Source of the DNA: Halobacteriovoraceae bacterium
Lineage (GTDB): Bacteria; Bdellovibrionota; Bacteriovoracia; Bacteriovoracales; Bacteriovoracaceae
Assembly: GCA_963719505.1 (NCBI GenBank)
Contig: CAVRCF010000001.1
Location: 128,001 to 192,000 of the forward strand
Reading direction: 5' to 3'
DNA: 64,000 bases
In this document: positions 48,612 to 59,340 of the stretch, one piece after another
Position numbering within the stretch: the first letter of the stretch is position 1
Layout of the letters: each line of letters begins with the position of its first letter
The notes under the pieces: generated by a model
The model's input: only the letters and a program-made list of their open reading frames with translations
Databases searched by the model: none
What the model was told of the DNA's origin: nothing
Program-made: the position numbers and the translations under genes

Positions 48612-49679
48612 TTATTCTTCTAGACCTAATTGCTCAGTTACTTCTGCATCTCTTTTTGCTGGAATGAGTTTTTCAAGTGATGGAATATAAATGGGTTGAT
48701 ACCCTGTAAAGTTAGTTTTCTTACAACTTAGTACTCTTCTAATTTTCAGATCAAGATTATCTTTTTTCAACGCTTGTTTTTTAACTGCCTCTTTAACAGC
48801 TTCAAAGGCCTGCATTGTTTTCTCCATTGAACGGTACAAAACAACATCTGCTCCGGCTTTTAGAGCTTGCACGGCTTCACCACCGTTTTCATACCTCTCA
48901 GAGACTGCCTTCATCTCCATATCATCCGTTACAATTATCTTCTTAAATTTTAAGTGGTCTCTCAAAAAATCATAAGCCTTTGGACTCAGTGAGGTTGGAA
49001 GATCCTTATCAATTCCATCAACTACCAGATGGGCCATCATCATAAACTCAACGCGAGACTTAGATGCCTTAACAAAAGGGACAAGCTCATTTTCAATAAG
49101 TTCTTCCTTGGTCTTAATCACATAAGGGAGGTCAAAGTGAGAATCTTTTAGTGTATCTCCATGACCAGGAAAATGCTTGGCACAAGCTAGAACCTTACCC
49201 GTATGAAGTCCACGTATTGCGGCACTAACGTGTTTTTCAACTATCTCTTTCGTTTTACCAAAAGATCGATCTCCGATCACATTATTTTTAGGATTGGTCC
49301 AAATATCACAGCAAGGTGAATAGTTAACATTAACACCACAGGCATTTAACTCTTCGGCTAAAATTCGATGGGCCTCAAAAGTTAATTTTGGTGAGTCATG
49401 CTTTGCAATATCAAACATGGAAGGCAGTTGCGTAAAGTGTTTTTTAAACCTCTTAACTCTTCCACCCTCTTGATCAACAGAAATGAAAAGTGGATATTCA
49501 TCTCGTAGTGTCTGGATCTCATTGACGAGTTCAGCGAGCTGTCCTGGATTTTCATAATTATGAGCAAATAAAATGACTCCACCAATATTATTATCACCAA
49601 TAAAAGTTTTCTCATCTTCTGTCAGCGATAAACCTGAAATTCCCGTAATAAAAAGTTGACCTAATTCATTAATATTCAA
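48612..49679 (-). CDS. nagZ: Beta-N-acetylhexosaminidase NagZ (GH3)
   Basis: GGVILF, DQEGGRV, DRSF, KHFPGHG..DSH, TDDMEM. Confidence 0.92.
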   Translation of the reverse strand: MNINELGQLFITGISGLSLTEDEKTFIGDNNIGGVILFAHNYENPGQLAELVNEIQTLRDEYPLFISVDQEGGRVKRFKKHFTQLPSMFDIAKHDSPKLTFEAHRILAEELNACGVNVNYSPCCDIWTNPKNNVIGDRSFGKTKEIVEKHVSAAIRGLHTGKVLACAKHFPGHGDTLKDSHFDLPYVIKTKEELIENELVPFVKASKSRVEFMMMAHLVVDGIDKDLPTSLSPKAYDFLRDHLKFKKIIVTDDMEMKAVSERYENGGEAVQALKAGADVVLYRSMEKTMQAFEAVKEAVKKQALKKDNLDLKIRRVLSCKKTNFTGYQPIYIPSLEKLIPAKRDAEVTEQLGLEE

Positions 49680-49680
49680 T

Positions 49681-50415
49681 TTAACCTCTATTTTTTGTCA
49701 TTGAGATACCTTGAGAAATCCAAAAAAGTTTCTCAAACTCATTATCTTCAGTTAAGTGATAAATAAGTGTTTGATCTCCTATTCTAACATTATACTTTAA
49801 ATTCCCTTCAAAATATCCATCGAAGTATACCACAGCTCTAGAGAAGACCTCTGAGGGAACATTTTGATACTGTTCAGTATAAAACGGATAACTCTCCCAA
49901 ACGACCGTAAAATTAACCATTCGCTTTTTATTGGGATCGAGTAAGCCAGCTCTTCTTAAACACTCAGGTATCTGAGAAAACCAGCAAAAAATCTTTCCCG
50001 ATTCAACCGATATCTTTTCAGTCTTGTTCCAGCGAGGCTCAGGACTTCTTAATATAAGATCAATCCTCTTCTCTTTTTTATTTAATTTAAATTGAGAAAA
50101 ATATTTTTTCTTTTCAAACCAAATTGAAAACTGAGAAACATAAGGTCGTATACTGAGCTGTTTTCCTTTTTGAGTTTTTAGAGCACCAACTTGAGAAATT
50201 GTAATGGACTTCTCAAGTGGCTTTCCTTGATTCGATCCACTAAGAAGCTGTTGCCTTAATTGAATTTTGGACCTTGTTTCAACAAGATCCCTCTTTAAAA
50301 GATAAGTCCCCGATGGATCCTTATAAGTGTAATAGTAAGTTCCTGAAAAGTTAGATTTTCTCTGGATTCTATTACAACTGCTAAACAGGAGTAAAAAGAG
50401 AAGAGTAAATTTCAT
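49681..50415 (-). CDS. Basic lipoprotein, hypothetical
   Basis: Lipobox FSSC; overlaps the PilZ gene. Confidence 0.7.
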   Translation of the reverse strand: MKFTLLFLLLFSSCNRIQRKSNFSGTYYYTYKDPSGTYLLKRDLVETRSKIQLRQQLLSGSNQGKPLEKSITISQVGALKTQKGKQLSIRPYVSQFSIWFEKKKYFSQFKLNKKEKRIDLILRSPEPRWNKTEKISVESGKIFCWFSQIPECLRRAGLLDPNKKRMVNFTVVWESYPFYTEQYQNVPSEVFSRAVVYFDGYFEGNLKYNVRIGDQTLIYHLTEDNEFEKLFWISQGISMTKNRG

Positions 50416-51227
50416 TTTAAGAAGTCCTCGAAATCGCTTTCAAAGCTTCTCATAGCTTTATTTATAATCTTACCAAGTTTTTGATCAAGATTTAAATCAA
50501 TATCTAAAAATTGGACACCGACTTTAAAAGCAGAACCATTTGATCTTATCAAAGGCACGATATAGCGAATTTCACCAGATGGAATTGTCATTTCTTCTTG
50601 AAAAAAAAGATGCATTGGCTTTAATATTCTAATTTGCTCTAGGTACTCTTTTTCAATCTCTCCAATCTGAAAAGATAATCCCGTAACGGAAATATCAAGA
50701 ACTCTAAACTTTGCAAAATTATCTTTAATTTCTACCTTTTCATCCTCTCCAACAATTTTTAAAAAATTTTTAAAGAGACCCGTTTGACTCATTTTAGTAT
50801 CAAAACCGATGACGTTACTAGGTTTGACATTTTCATCCAACTCAAAAGGAACTTGAACATGGGCTTCATAGTGAGGGTAAGTAAGCAGCCTAAAGTTCTC
50901 TCTGCGCTCACTTTTGAAAAGATCACTCGAAACATCAAGAGTATACTTTGTTCCTACAAGTGCTGAAAGTTTACCTTCTCCAAAATAGTTCACACCATTT
51001 ATAGCAAAAGCATAAAGAACTGATTTTCCGGAATAAGAGGTTTCATTTACACTTAAAGAGAGAAGACTTTCTTTTTTTGAAAAAGCGAGTACATCAAATT
51101 TCTCTCTAAGTTTTGAACCCTTCTCCCAAATTGTTAGAGAAGAATCCGACCTCGTGAGCGAATGAAATCGACTCTCTTTTTCCTTTGTGTTTTGCTTGGT
51201 AAAGTGAGTCGAGTTCTTTTCTGTCAT
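50412..51227 (-). CDS. PilZ-domain protein
   Basis: RRENFR (RxxxR) and DISVTG (DxSxxG); VGVQF. Confidence 0.8.
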   Translation of the reverse strand: MTEKNSTHFTKQNTKEKESRFHSLTRSDSSLTIWEKGSKLREKFDVLAFSKKESLLSLSVNETSYSGKSVLYAFAINGVNYFGEGKLSALVGTKYTLDVSSDLFKSERRENFRLLTYPHYEAHVQVPFELDENVKPSNVIGFDTKMSQTGLFKNFLKIVGEDEKVEIKDNFAKFRVLDISVTGLSFQIGEIEKEYLEQIRILKPMHLFFQEEMTIPSGEIRYIVPLIRSNGSAFKVGVQFLDIDLNLDQKLGKIINKAMRSFESDFEDFLK

Positions 51228-51230
51228 TTT

Positions 51231-52268
51231 CTAAGAAAGCGTTGTTACTTGGCGAAGCAGTGAAATATTCTCTAAAGCGGCTCCACAACCTCTAACGACA
51301 CTTGTTAATGGATCTTCAGCCAAAGAAACTGGCAACCCTGTTTTTTCCTTAATAAGAATATCAAGATTTGCTAATAACGATCCACCACCTGCTAGGATAA
51401 TTCCATTATCAACAATATCAGCAGCAAGCTCTGGAGGTGTTTTCTCTAGAGATGTTTTAATCGCTTCGATAACTTCAGCTATAGGATCTGAGAGAGCCTC
51501 TCTAATTTCATCCGAAGTTACTTCAATCGTTTTAGGCGCTCCAGCGATGAGGTCACGTCCTTTGACTTCGTAAGTTTTTACTTCTTCATCAAATGGGTAA
51601 GCATTACCAATAGACATTTTTATCATTTCAGCAGTTCTCTCTCCAATAAGAAGAGAATATTTTTTCTTTATATAACTAACGATAGCTTCATCAAACTTGT
51701 CACCTGCGACTCTAACAGACTTAGAAAAAACAATACCACCTAAAGAGATAACGGCAACTTCAGTTGTCCCACCACCGATATCGACGATCATGTTTCCTGA
51801 AGGTTCAGTAATAGGAAGTCCTGCTCCAATTGCAGCGGCCATTGGCTCCTCAATTAAATACACTTCTCTCGCACCAGCTTGTTCAGCCGATTCTTTTACT
51901 GCTCTTTTCTCAACCTGCGTAATTCCAAAGGGAATACAGATTATAATTCTTGGCTTTACAAGCTTTGAACCATTCATTGATTTTTGAATAAAGTATTTTA
52001 ACATGGCTTGAGTCACTTCAAAGTCAGCAATGACTCCGTCTTTCATAGGACGAATAGCACGAATAGATCCAGGAGTTCTTCCTAGCATCTCTTTGGCCTC
52101 TTTCCCCACGGCAAGTACTTTTTGCTCTCCACGAAAACCTTGGTGAACGGCAACGACAGAAGGTTCATTAACAATAATCCCCTTATCTTTGGCATAAACC
52201 AGAGTATTTGCTGTACCCAAATCAATCGCTAAATCGTTCGAAAACCAGTCCAAAATTTTCTTAAACAT
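51231..52268 (-). CDS. mreB: Rod shape-determining protein MreB
   Basis: [37 protein letters not shown]. Confidence 0.97.
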   Translation of the reverse strand: MFKKILDWFSNDLAIDLGTANTLVYAKDKGIIVNEPSVVAVHQGFRGEQKVLAVGKEAKEMLGRTPGSIRAIRPMKDGVIADFEVTQAMLKYFIQKSMNGSKLVKPRIIICIPFGITQVEKRAVKESAEQAGAREVYLIEEPMAAAIGAGLPITEPSGNMIVDIGGGTTEVAVISLGGIVFSKSVRVAGDKFDEAIVSYIKKKYSLLIGERTAEMIKMSIGNAYPFDEEVKTYEVKGRDLIAGAPKTIEVTSDEIREALSDPIAEVIEAIKTSLEKTPPELAADIVDNGIILAGGGSLLANLDILIKEKTGLPVSLAEDPLTSVVRGCGAALENISLLRQVTTLS

Positions 52269-52417
52269 CTTCTATCCTTTACGTAAATCTTCTTATGTAA
52301 AATGTAGCATTTAGCTTTTCATTGCACAAGAAGGCTTTTATTCCATACGAAAATGCTCGGCCTCATTTTCCCTAGCCAATCAGCATCTTTCGAAGCAAAA
52401 TAATCGCTGGAGCTATT

Positions 52418-52981
52418 ATGAACGAGATCAATAAATTCCCCCATAATGCAATTTCTGAACAATTTGTTCCCTATATTGAAACTTCAGAGATTGAAACTAT
52501 TGTCGCCTCTTTGGCGCACACAATAAGCCAGCGCTACAAGGGTGAAGACCTCATTTTAATAGCGCCTTTAAAGGGAAGCTTGGTTTTCTTATCCGACCTT
52601 CTAAAACAAATCAAAAATGTTAAAGTTTATGTCGACTTTGTTAAACTCTCCGCTGTGGGACGGGACAAGGAAAACAACGGAACGATTATTTTATCTAAAG
52701 ATATTAAAACCAATATTATGGATAAAAACGTACTCATCGTTGAAGAGGTGATCGACACTGGACGAGCTTTGTTCTTTCTTAAGCAAAGACTTCTAGAATC
52801 ATCTCCTCGCTCTATTGAGATAATAACGCTTTTTGATAAGCCCTATAAAAGAGCTGTCCCTCTAAAAGCCGAGTATATTGGAAAACAAATTGAAGACCAA
52901 TTTATCGTGGGCTATGGACTCGATATGGATGAATACGGAAGAAACTTTTCAGAGATTTATTATTTAAAATATCCTAATTAG
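52418..52981 (+). CDS. hpt: Hypoxanthine phosphoribosyltransferase
   Basis: LKGS, VLIVEEVIDTG, FIVGYGLD. Confidence 0.88.
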   Translation: MNEINKFPHNAISEQFVPYIETSEIETIVASLAHTISQRYKGEDLILIAPLKGSLVFLSDLLKQIKNVKVYVDFVKLSAVGRDKENNGTIILSKDIKTNIMDKNVLIVEEVIDTGRALFFLKQRLLESSPRSIEIITLFDKPYKRAVPLKAEYIGKQIEDQFIVGYGLDMDEYGRNFSEIYYLKYPN

Positions 52982-53522
52982 GAACAAAAAGATGATAGCA
53001 AGTACAGTTCTCGCTACAAAAGCCTTCTCCAGAACTTGTCGATCCTTTAAAACCAGAATTTGCTTGAATAAGAAGAGTTCCACTATCTTTTTTCCAGTAG
53101 AGATCAGAAATCTCATCTCTTAGGGATAAAAATGCGACACCAACATTAAAAGTTCCAGCCCCTCTATTATCGGTAGACCTAATCTCACAGGTTGTTGAAG
53201 ATGCTCCGTTTATATTTCTATAGGTAACAACCCCAGTCACGGTATTTTCAAATTCTATGTCATATCCTCCCGTTGAGGATAAAGTACAGCCACTACCAGT
53301 GGTTCCTGAAACACTATAAGTAAACGATCGAGCACCAAAGTTCATCTCGATTCTATCGTTCTCTGGCACAGGAAAATCTTCAGCTAAAGTTCCTCTAATA
53401 TCTGGAAGGTAGCATTTAACAGACTCTAAATTCCATTCACCCTTGAGGGCATTTTTGAAAAGCTCCTCGTCAGAGCGAAGGCCACAGGATGTGAGGAGGA
53501 TAAAACTAAGGATTCGAAGCAT
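52974..53522 (-). CDS. Lipoprotein, lipocalin-like
   Basis: Lipobox LTSC; L.GEW.L motif. Confidence 0.6.
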   Translation of the reverse strand: MLRILSFILLTSCGLRSDEELFKNALKGEWNLESVKCYLPDIRGTLAEDFPVPENDRIEMNFGARSFTYSVSGTTGSGCTLSSTGGYDIEFENTVTGVVTYRNINGASSTTCEIRSTDNRGAGTFNVGVAFLSLRDEISDLYWKKDSGTLLIQANSGFKGSTSSGEGFCSENCTCYHLFVPN

Positions 53523-55491
53523 TCACTTGCTCACTTGAAATCTCAGACAAATCAAACTTCTTAGCTGTTCCACCAGTTAACTGCATGAAATCCATTTCTT
53601 TAATCCAAATTCCATCTTTTAAATACCACTTACCAGTAACTCCCTGAATCGTCTCAAAGGCCAAGAGTCTTCTTTCTAACTCTTCTCTTTTTTCAAATTT
53701 CGAGTCTTGAATTATTTTTAAAGAGAGATTCATAGCTTCATAAGCTAAAGTCTCGATAAGTCTTGGAACTTTTTTATTTCTTTCTCTATAGTTTTTAGAG
53801 AAGGATTGGTTAAATTCTTTTGGGTTAATCCCTACCAAATAAAGTTGCCCCAGATTTCTCTGCTCTCTCATCAAAGACTTCGATAACCAACTTGGGCCTC
53901 CAATGAATTTCATTTTTTTTGCATCATAATAAGAAAATGTCGGAATAATTTGTAAGGCATCTTTTGGGTAAGCAGGAACAAAAACCCAATCGAAATCGAT
54001 AATAGGTTTTAAGGTTTGAATTCTTCTAATAGAGCTCGTTTTCTTTTCAAGCTGATAAATATTATTCCAAAGGTCTAATTCCTCTTCCCTTTCTCTTTTA
54101 AAATTCACAGATAAGAGCTTACTAACAGGCTCTCGAAAATCGATATTTGAACGATCAAAAGAGTGGATAGCTTTAATATCAACGACCCCTTGCTCAGCTC
54201 TTCTCCAAACCTCGTTAACGTAGGCAAGCCCACCTTCAGACTCTGGATACATAACGGCTATTCTCTTTCCAAATTTTGCTAAAAACTCTGGATTCATAAT
54301 CTTCTCGACTTGTGACTCTATTGAGCCTGGAACTTCTATGAGAAGATGATTCTTCTGATCCTTTTTAAGGTGAACAGGAGATAGAGAGATAAATAAAACA
54401 CCATATTTTTTTGCTTCTAAATACTCATCGTTTGCTGTCCCAGGAAAAAGACCACCTATAATGACAGAGACATGATGTTTTTGAATAAGATCGTTGATCA
54501 TTTTTTTTGCAATATGAGGGTTGTTTTTTGAGTCTCTCGTATAGACCTTCGCGGCTAGAATCTTATTTGTCTTTAAGTTTAAGGCACTATCAATTCCGCT
54601 GAGAGCCTTCTTTCCAAAGTCCCCTTTGGATCCAGATAATGGCAAGATGACGCCGATTGCTCCAACATCAATTTTAGAATAGTTTTCAATCCTAAATTCA
54701 AATTCTTTGATAAAGTTTCTGGCATCTTCAAAGGATGAGTACTCAGAGTTTATCCAGCTCAACACATCTTCCGCTCCTGGGCGATCCCCCATATAGTATC
54801 TTTGTAAGGCTTCTTCTTTAGCTAAGTAAGCGGGAACAATTGATTTACTATTTTTATATTCATCTAAGATATAGACGCGTTGAGTTTTACTGAGTTTTCG
54901 AAAATTACTTTTTAAAAGATCCTTATATTTATGTGACTCAACCTCGTTAAAGGTTTTTGCCTCACCAATGAGGTTGATTGTTGCTGCAACGATGTCTTTT
55001 GGCTTATCTAATTGTTGGGCCAAAACAAGTCTCAATTTAAAGTAGTTTTGAGATTCATTTTCTCTAAATTTTTTATAATCTACTTTACCAAGATATTCAT
55101 AAGATTTTTGAAACTGATCTTTTTTATAAAAGGAGCTGGCTAGATTTAAATTAACTTGGGCTTCAAGAGAAGGATCTTCGTTTGCATTTTTAGAGGCCCT
55201 ATTAAAATTCTCAATAGCTTTATCAAAGTTTTGGTTGGAGAAATTGATTATCCCTATAAAGTTATATTTTTTAGATGCCTCAATAGGCGTGATTTTCTTA
55301 TCATCAATGGCCAGTAACTTTTGAAGGGCTCCATTTTTATCACCATCTTTATAAATAGACTGGATCCCATCCATTCTCTTTAAAAAGGCATCGGAATAGA
55401 TATCTGCTGGGGTTAACATTTTGATATTGGAACAAGAGCCCAAAACCAAAAGAGCGGAAAGTGAGATAATACAAATAATCGAGCGCGTCAT
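53506..55491 (-). CDS. LpoA/LppC-like lipoprotein (TPR plus type-1 periplasmic-binding fold)
   Basis: Lipobox LGSC; TPRs; IGVILPLSG, IIGGL, AYEA, QGVTG. Confidence 0.75.
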   Translation of the reverse strand: MTRSIICIISLSALLVLGSCSNIKMLTPADIYSDAFLKRMDGIQSIYKDGDKNGALQKLLAIDDKKITPIEASKKYNFIGIINFSNQNFDKAIENFNRASKNANEDPSLEAQVNLNLASSFYKKDQFQKSYEYLGKVDYKKFRENESQNYFKLRLVLAQQLDKPKDIVAATINLIGEAKTFNEVESHKYKDLLKSNFRKLSKTQRVYILDEYKNSKSIVPAYLAKEEALQRYYMGDRPGAEDVLSWINSEYSSFEDARNFIKEFEFRIENYSKIDVGAIGVILPLSGSKGDFGKKALSGIDSALNLKTNKILAAKVYTRDSKNNPHIAKKMINDLIQKHHVSVIIGGLFPGTANDEYLEAKKYGVLFISLSPVHLKKDQKNHLLIEVPGSIESQVEKIMNPEFLAKFGKRIAVMYPESEGGLAYVNEVWRRAEQGVVDIKAIHSFDRSNIDFREPVSKLLSVNFKREREEELDLWNNIYQLEKKTSSIRRIQTLKPIIDFDWVFVPAYPKDALQIIPTFSYYDAKKMKFIGGPSWLSKSLMREQRNLGQLYLVGINPKEFNQSFSKNYRERNKKVPRLIETLAYEAMNLSLKIIQDSKFEKREELERRLLAFETIQGVTGKWYLKDGIWIKEMDFMQLTGGTAKKFDLSEISSEQVNASNP

Positions 55492-55553
55492 AAAATACCT
55501 TTAAACATTTAGTTCATAGGCATTTTATCCACGCTCGCTTGCACTGTCACATT

Positions 55554-56642
55554 TTATTGAAATAAATCTTTTACTTTTTCAAAAAATCCCCGAGAAAGAG
55601 GGCTTGTTTTCTTGTCATCTAGCTGCGACAACTGAGCAAAGAGCTCTCTTTGTTGCTCACTCAATTTTGTCGGCGTTTCGAGAACGACTGTGATGATTTG
55701 ATCACCATTTCCATAAGCACCAAGTCTCTCAATCCCTTTGCCTTTTAGTCGCATTCTTTTAGAGGACTGAGTTCCGGCGGGAATATTTAAAGACACTTTA
55801 CCCGTCAACGTTGGAACTTCAACTTCAGCCCCTAGTGCCGCTTGAGAAAAAGTGATTGGGACTTCACAGTGGACATCAAAGCCATCTCTTTCAAAGAAAT
55901 CATGTTTAGAGATGTTGATTTGGACGTAAAGGTCACCATTTGGACCGCCATTACTTCCAGTATCACCCTCACCAGAGAGTTTTAGTCTTTGACCTGTATC
56001 TATTCCACCCGGAACTTTTACGCTAAGAGTGGACTTCTTTTTAATTCTTTCTGCGATTTCACCCGTTCCCTGACATTTCGGACAAGCCTGAGCGATGGTA
56101 AAGAATCCCTGCTGCCTTCTAACTTCACCATGACCCCCACACATATCACATGTCTGAGGTGTCGTGCCTTCTTTGATAGCTGTTTTGGTAAGTGTTACTT
56201 CTTTTTCGCAACCAAAAGCTGCCTCTTCAAAAGTGATATCAAGTCTCATCTGAAGGTCATCACCTCTTCTTCCTCTTGATCGACCACCTCGTGATCTTCC
56301 GCCGCGAGCTCCGCCACCTCCGAACATCTCTCCAAAAAGGTCACCAAAGATATCGCCAAGGTCACCAAAATCTCCACCTTGCCCGAAACCTCCACCAAAG
56401 CCACCGGCTTGACCGTCAACTCCAGCATGACCAAATTGATCATAACGAGATCTCTTATTCTCATCTAGCAGAATCTCCGCAGCCTCTGAAGCTTCTTTAA
56501 ACTGTGCTTCAGCCTCTGGATTATCTGGGTTCTTATCAGGATGGCATTTCATAGCAATCTTTCGATAGGCTTTTTTTATCTCGTCTTTGTTTGCCGACTT
56601 AGATACGCCAAGGATCTCGTAGTAGTCTCTTTTACCGCTCAT
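55554..56642 (-). CDS. dnaJ: Chaperone DnaJ with only two CxxCxGxG repeats
   Basis: DYYEILG, HPD, G/F region, GDLYV, C-terminal domain; downstream of dnaK. Confidence 0.95.
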   Translation of the reverse strand: MSGKRDYYEILGVSKSANKDEIKKAYRKIAMKCHPDKNPDNPEAEAQFKEASEAAEILLDENKRSRYDQFGHAGVDGQAGGFGGGFGQGGDFGDLGDIFGDLFGEMFGGGGARGGRSRGGRSRGRRGDDLQMRLDITFEEAAFGCEKEVTLTKTAIKEGTTPQTCDMCGGHGEVRRQQGFFTIAQACPKCQGTGEIAERIKKKSTLSVKVPGGIDTGQRLKLSGEGDTGSNGGPNGDLYVQINISKHDFFERDGFDVHCEVPITFSQAALGAEVEVPTLTGKVSLNIPAGTQSSKRMRLKGKGIERLGAYGNGDQIITVVLETPTKLSEQQRELFAQLSQLDDKKTSPLSRGFFEKVKDLFQ

Positions 56643-56675
56643 ATTTCTCTTTGTTTTTAGATAGTTTCAGTTACA

Positions 56676-56706
56676 AAAATGGCCCAAAACAAATTTGGGC
56701 CATTTT
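56676..56706 (-). terminator. Hairpin between dnaK and dnaJ
   Basis: AAAATGGCCCAAA-N5-TTTGGGCCATTTT. Confidence 0.7.
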
Positions 56707-56727
56707 CATTTTACATATTTTGTTTAA

Positions 56728-58642
56728 TTAAACTTCTTTAAAGTCTGCATCAACAACATCATCGTCATCTTTCTTTGGTTCACCTTGTGACTCTTCAGCC
56801 CCAGATGCCCCAGCCTGTGCACCGTCAGCACCTGGTTGACCATACATGTCTTGAGCCATTGAGTGAGCAACATTTTGAAGTCTCTCACTTGCAGCTTTAA
56901 CTTCATCAAGGTTTTCTGACTCAAGCTTAGATTTTGCTTCAGTTAGAGCTGCCTCAAGTTCAGTTTTCTTTTCAGCTGGAAGTTTATCACCCGCCTCATT
57001 CATAGCTTTCTCAGTTGAGAAAATCAAAGAGTCTAAATTATTTTTAGCATCTACAGACTCACGTCTTTTTGCATCTGACTCTCTATTAACTTCAGCGTCC
57101 TTAACCATTTGCTCGATTTCAGCTTCGCTAAGTCCAGAACCAGAAGTAATAACAATATCAGTCTTCTTATTCGTCGCTTTATCAATTGCTGAAACGTTTA
57201 TAATTCCGTTCGCATCAATATTAAACTCAACCTCAATTTGTGGAACACCTCTAGCCGCTGGAGCAATTCCAGTTAGGTCAAAACGTCCAAGAGTTTTATT
57301 ATCATTAGCAAATTCTCTTTCACCTTGAAGAACGTGGATAGAAACTGCTGGTTGATTGTCTTGTGCTGTTGAGAACACCTGTGATTTCTTTGTTGGAATC
57401 GTTGTATTTTTCTCAATGATTCTTAGTTAAAACTCCACCAAGAGTTTCAATTCCAAGACGATAGAGGTGTTACATCTAAAAGAAGAACGTCTTTAACGTC
57501 ACCTTGAAGAACACCACCCTGAACAGCAGCACCAGCGGCAACAACCTCGTCAGGGTTAACACCTTTACTGAGGCTCTTTACCAAAGATTTGTTTAACTTT
57601 TTCTTGAATCGCCGGAATTCTTGTTGAACCACCAACAAGAATAACCTCATGGATTTCATTTCTATCAAGACCAGAATCTTTAATACATGTTTCACATGGA
57701 GTCACCTAGCCCAGTAATATATTTTGAGATTAGTTCTTCAAACTTTGCTCTCGTAAGAGTTAAAGTAAATGCTTTGGTCCACTAGCATCAGCTGTAATAA
57801 AGGGAAGGTTAATTTCCGTTTGAGTCGTCGAAGAAAGTTCATGCTTCGCTTTCTCAGCAGCTTCTTTTAATCTTTGAAGAGCCATTTGATCTTGTTTAAG
57901 ATCTACTGAGTTTTCTTTTTTAAATTCAGCAGCCATCCAGTTGATAACTTCTTCATCAAAGTTTTCACCACCAAGAAATGTATCACCGTTAGTTGCCTTA
58001 ACTTCAAAAACTCCATCTTCAGTAATTTCAAGAATAGAGATATCAAAAGTACCACCACCAAGGTCAAATACCGCAATGTTCATATCTTTTTTCTGATCCA
58101 TACCGTAAGCAAGTGCTGCCGCCGTTGGCTCATTGATAATTCTTTTAACTTCTAGATCCAGCGATTTTACCAGCGTCTTTTGTCGCTTGTCTTTGAGCAT
58201 CGTTAAAATATGCAGGAACAGTAATAACTGCTTCTGTTACAGGTTCACCTAGGTAATCTTCAGCTGATTTTTTCATTTTTTCTAATACTTTTGCTGAAAT
58301 TTCTTGAGCTGACATCTCTTTACCGTCAACTTTTACCCAAGCATCTCCATTTTTGTTAGCAAAAATTTCAAAAGGAGCAACTGCTGCGAATTCTTTTGAC
58401 TCTTTATCACTAGCTTTTCTACCGATAAGCCTTTTAATTCCATATAATGTCTTCTTTGGATTTGTTACCGCTTGTCTTTTAGCAACTTGCCCAACAAGAG
58501 TGTCCCCATTTGTTCCAAAGCCAATAACCGAAGGAGTTGTATTGTTTCCTTCAGCATTTGGAATAATTTTATACTTTCCATTTTCAAATACAGCGACACA
58601 AGAGTTTGTTGTCCCAAGGTCGATTCCGATAATTTTTCCCAT
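56728..58642 (-). CDS. dnaK: Chaperone DnaK, frameshifted in this assembly
   Basis: [59 protein letters not shown] split over at least four ORFs. Confidence 0.95.
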
Positions 58643-58672
58643 AATTTTCTCCTATTAAATTTTTATTTTTTC

Positions 58673-59221
58673 TTAACTATTTTTAACGACTACCACTTTT
58701 GCAGGTCTAATAAGTCTTTCATTGAGTGTATAACCTGTTTGATGAACTTGGATGATCTCCATGTCTTCTTTATCATCAGCAGGCTGCTGTGCCAAAGCTT
58801 CATGGAAGTTTGGATCAAAGATTTTACCTAAAGCATCAACTTTTTTTAATCCATGTTTCCCTAAAGCTTCGACAAACTGCTTTGCGATCATATCTATTCC
58901 TATCGCAATATTTTTTACTTTTTCATCTTGGTCAGCTTCGATAAAACCTAAAGTTCTCTCAAAATTATCTACAACATCCAACATGTCTCTAAGAATTTTT
59001 TCGCTTCCGTACTTTAAAAGGTTTTCTTTTTCTTTATCGAATCGTCTTTGCATATTTTGCATTTCTGCAGCAATATAGAAGTACTTATCTTTATAACTTT
59101 CCTCTTCAGATTTTTCTTCAGAGACTTCCTCGTCCTTTTGTGACGCATTAAGTTCCTCAACATTATCTTCTAAGTTTTTATTATTTAGTTCTTCATTTGT
59201 TTCTACGTTTTCATTTTCCAT
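58673..59221 (-). CDS. grpE: Nucleotide exchange factor GrpE
   Basis: AE..N..RR, DNFER, FDPNFHEA, GY.L..R..RPA.V. Confidence 0.95.
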   Translation of the reverse strand: MENENVETNEELNNKNLEDNVEELNASQKDEEVSEEKSEEESYKDKYFYIAAEMQNMQRRFDKEKENLLKYGSEKILRDMLDVVDNFERTLGFIEADQDEKVKNIAIGIDMIAKQFVEALGKHGLKKVDALGKIFDPNFHEALAQQPADDKEDMEIIQVHQTGYTLNERLIRPAKVVVVKNS

Positions 59222-59256
59222 TATTCAAAGACTCCATTTAATTACTAACCTCTATA

Positions 59257-59283
59257 AAATGGGTTCACTTTTAAAAGTGTCAA
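59257..59283 (-). promoter_or_regulatory. Sigma32-like heat-shock promoter containing a 14-bp palindrome
   Basis: TTGACA-N14-CCCATTT; CACTTTTAAAAGTG at 59266-59279. Confidence 0.45.
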
Positions 59284-59340
59284 TGTTTTGAATCGAAGAA
59301 AAGTAGGTTTATTTCGAGTTTTTGGCCCTGTAATGTATTT

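Noticed and set aside
37944..58642. Programmed frameshifting or true pseudogenes in rdgB, rph and dnaK
   Set aside because: Several shifts per gene, no consistent slippery sites, and intact conserved residues; artefact is the simpler explanation
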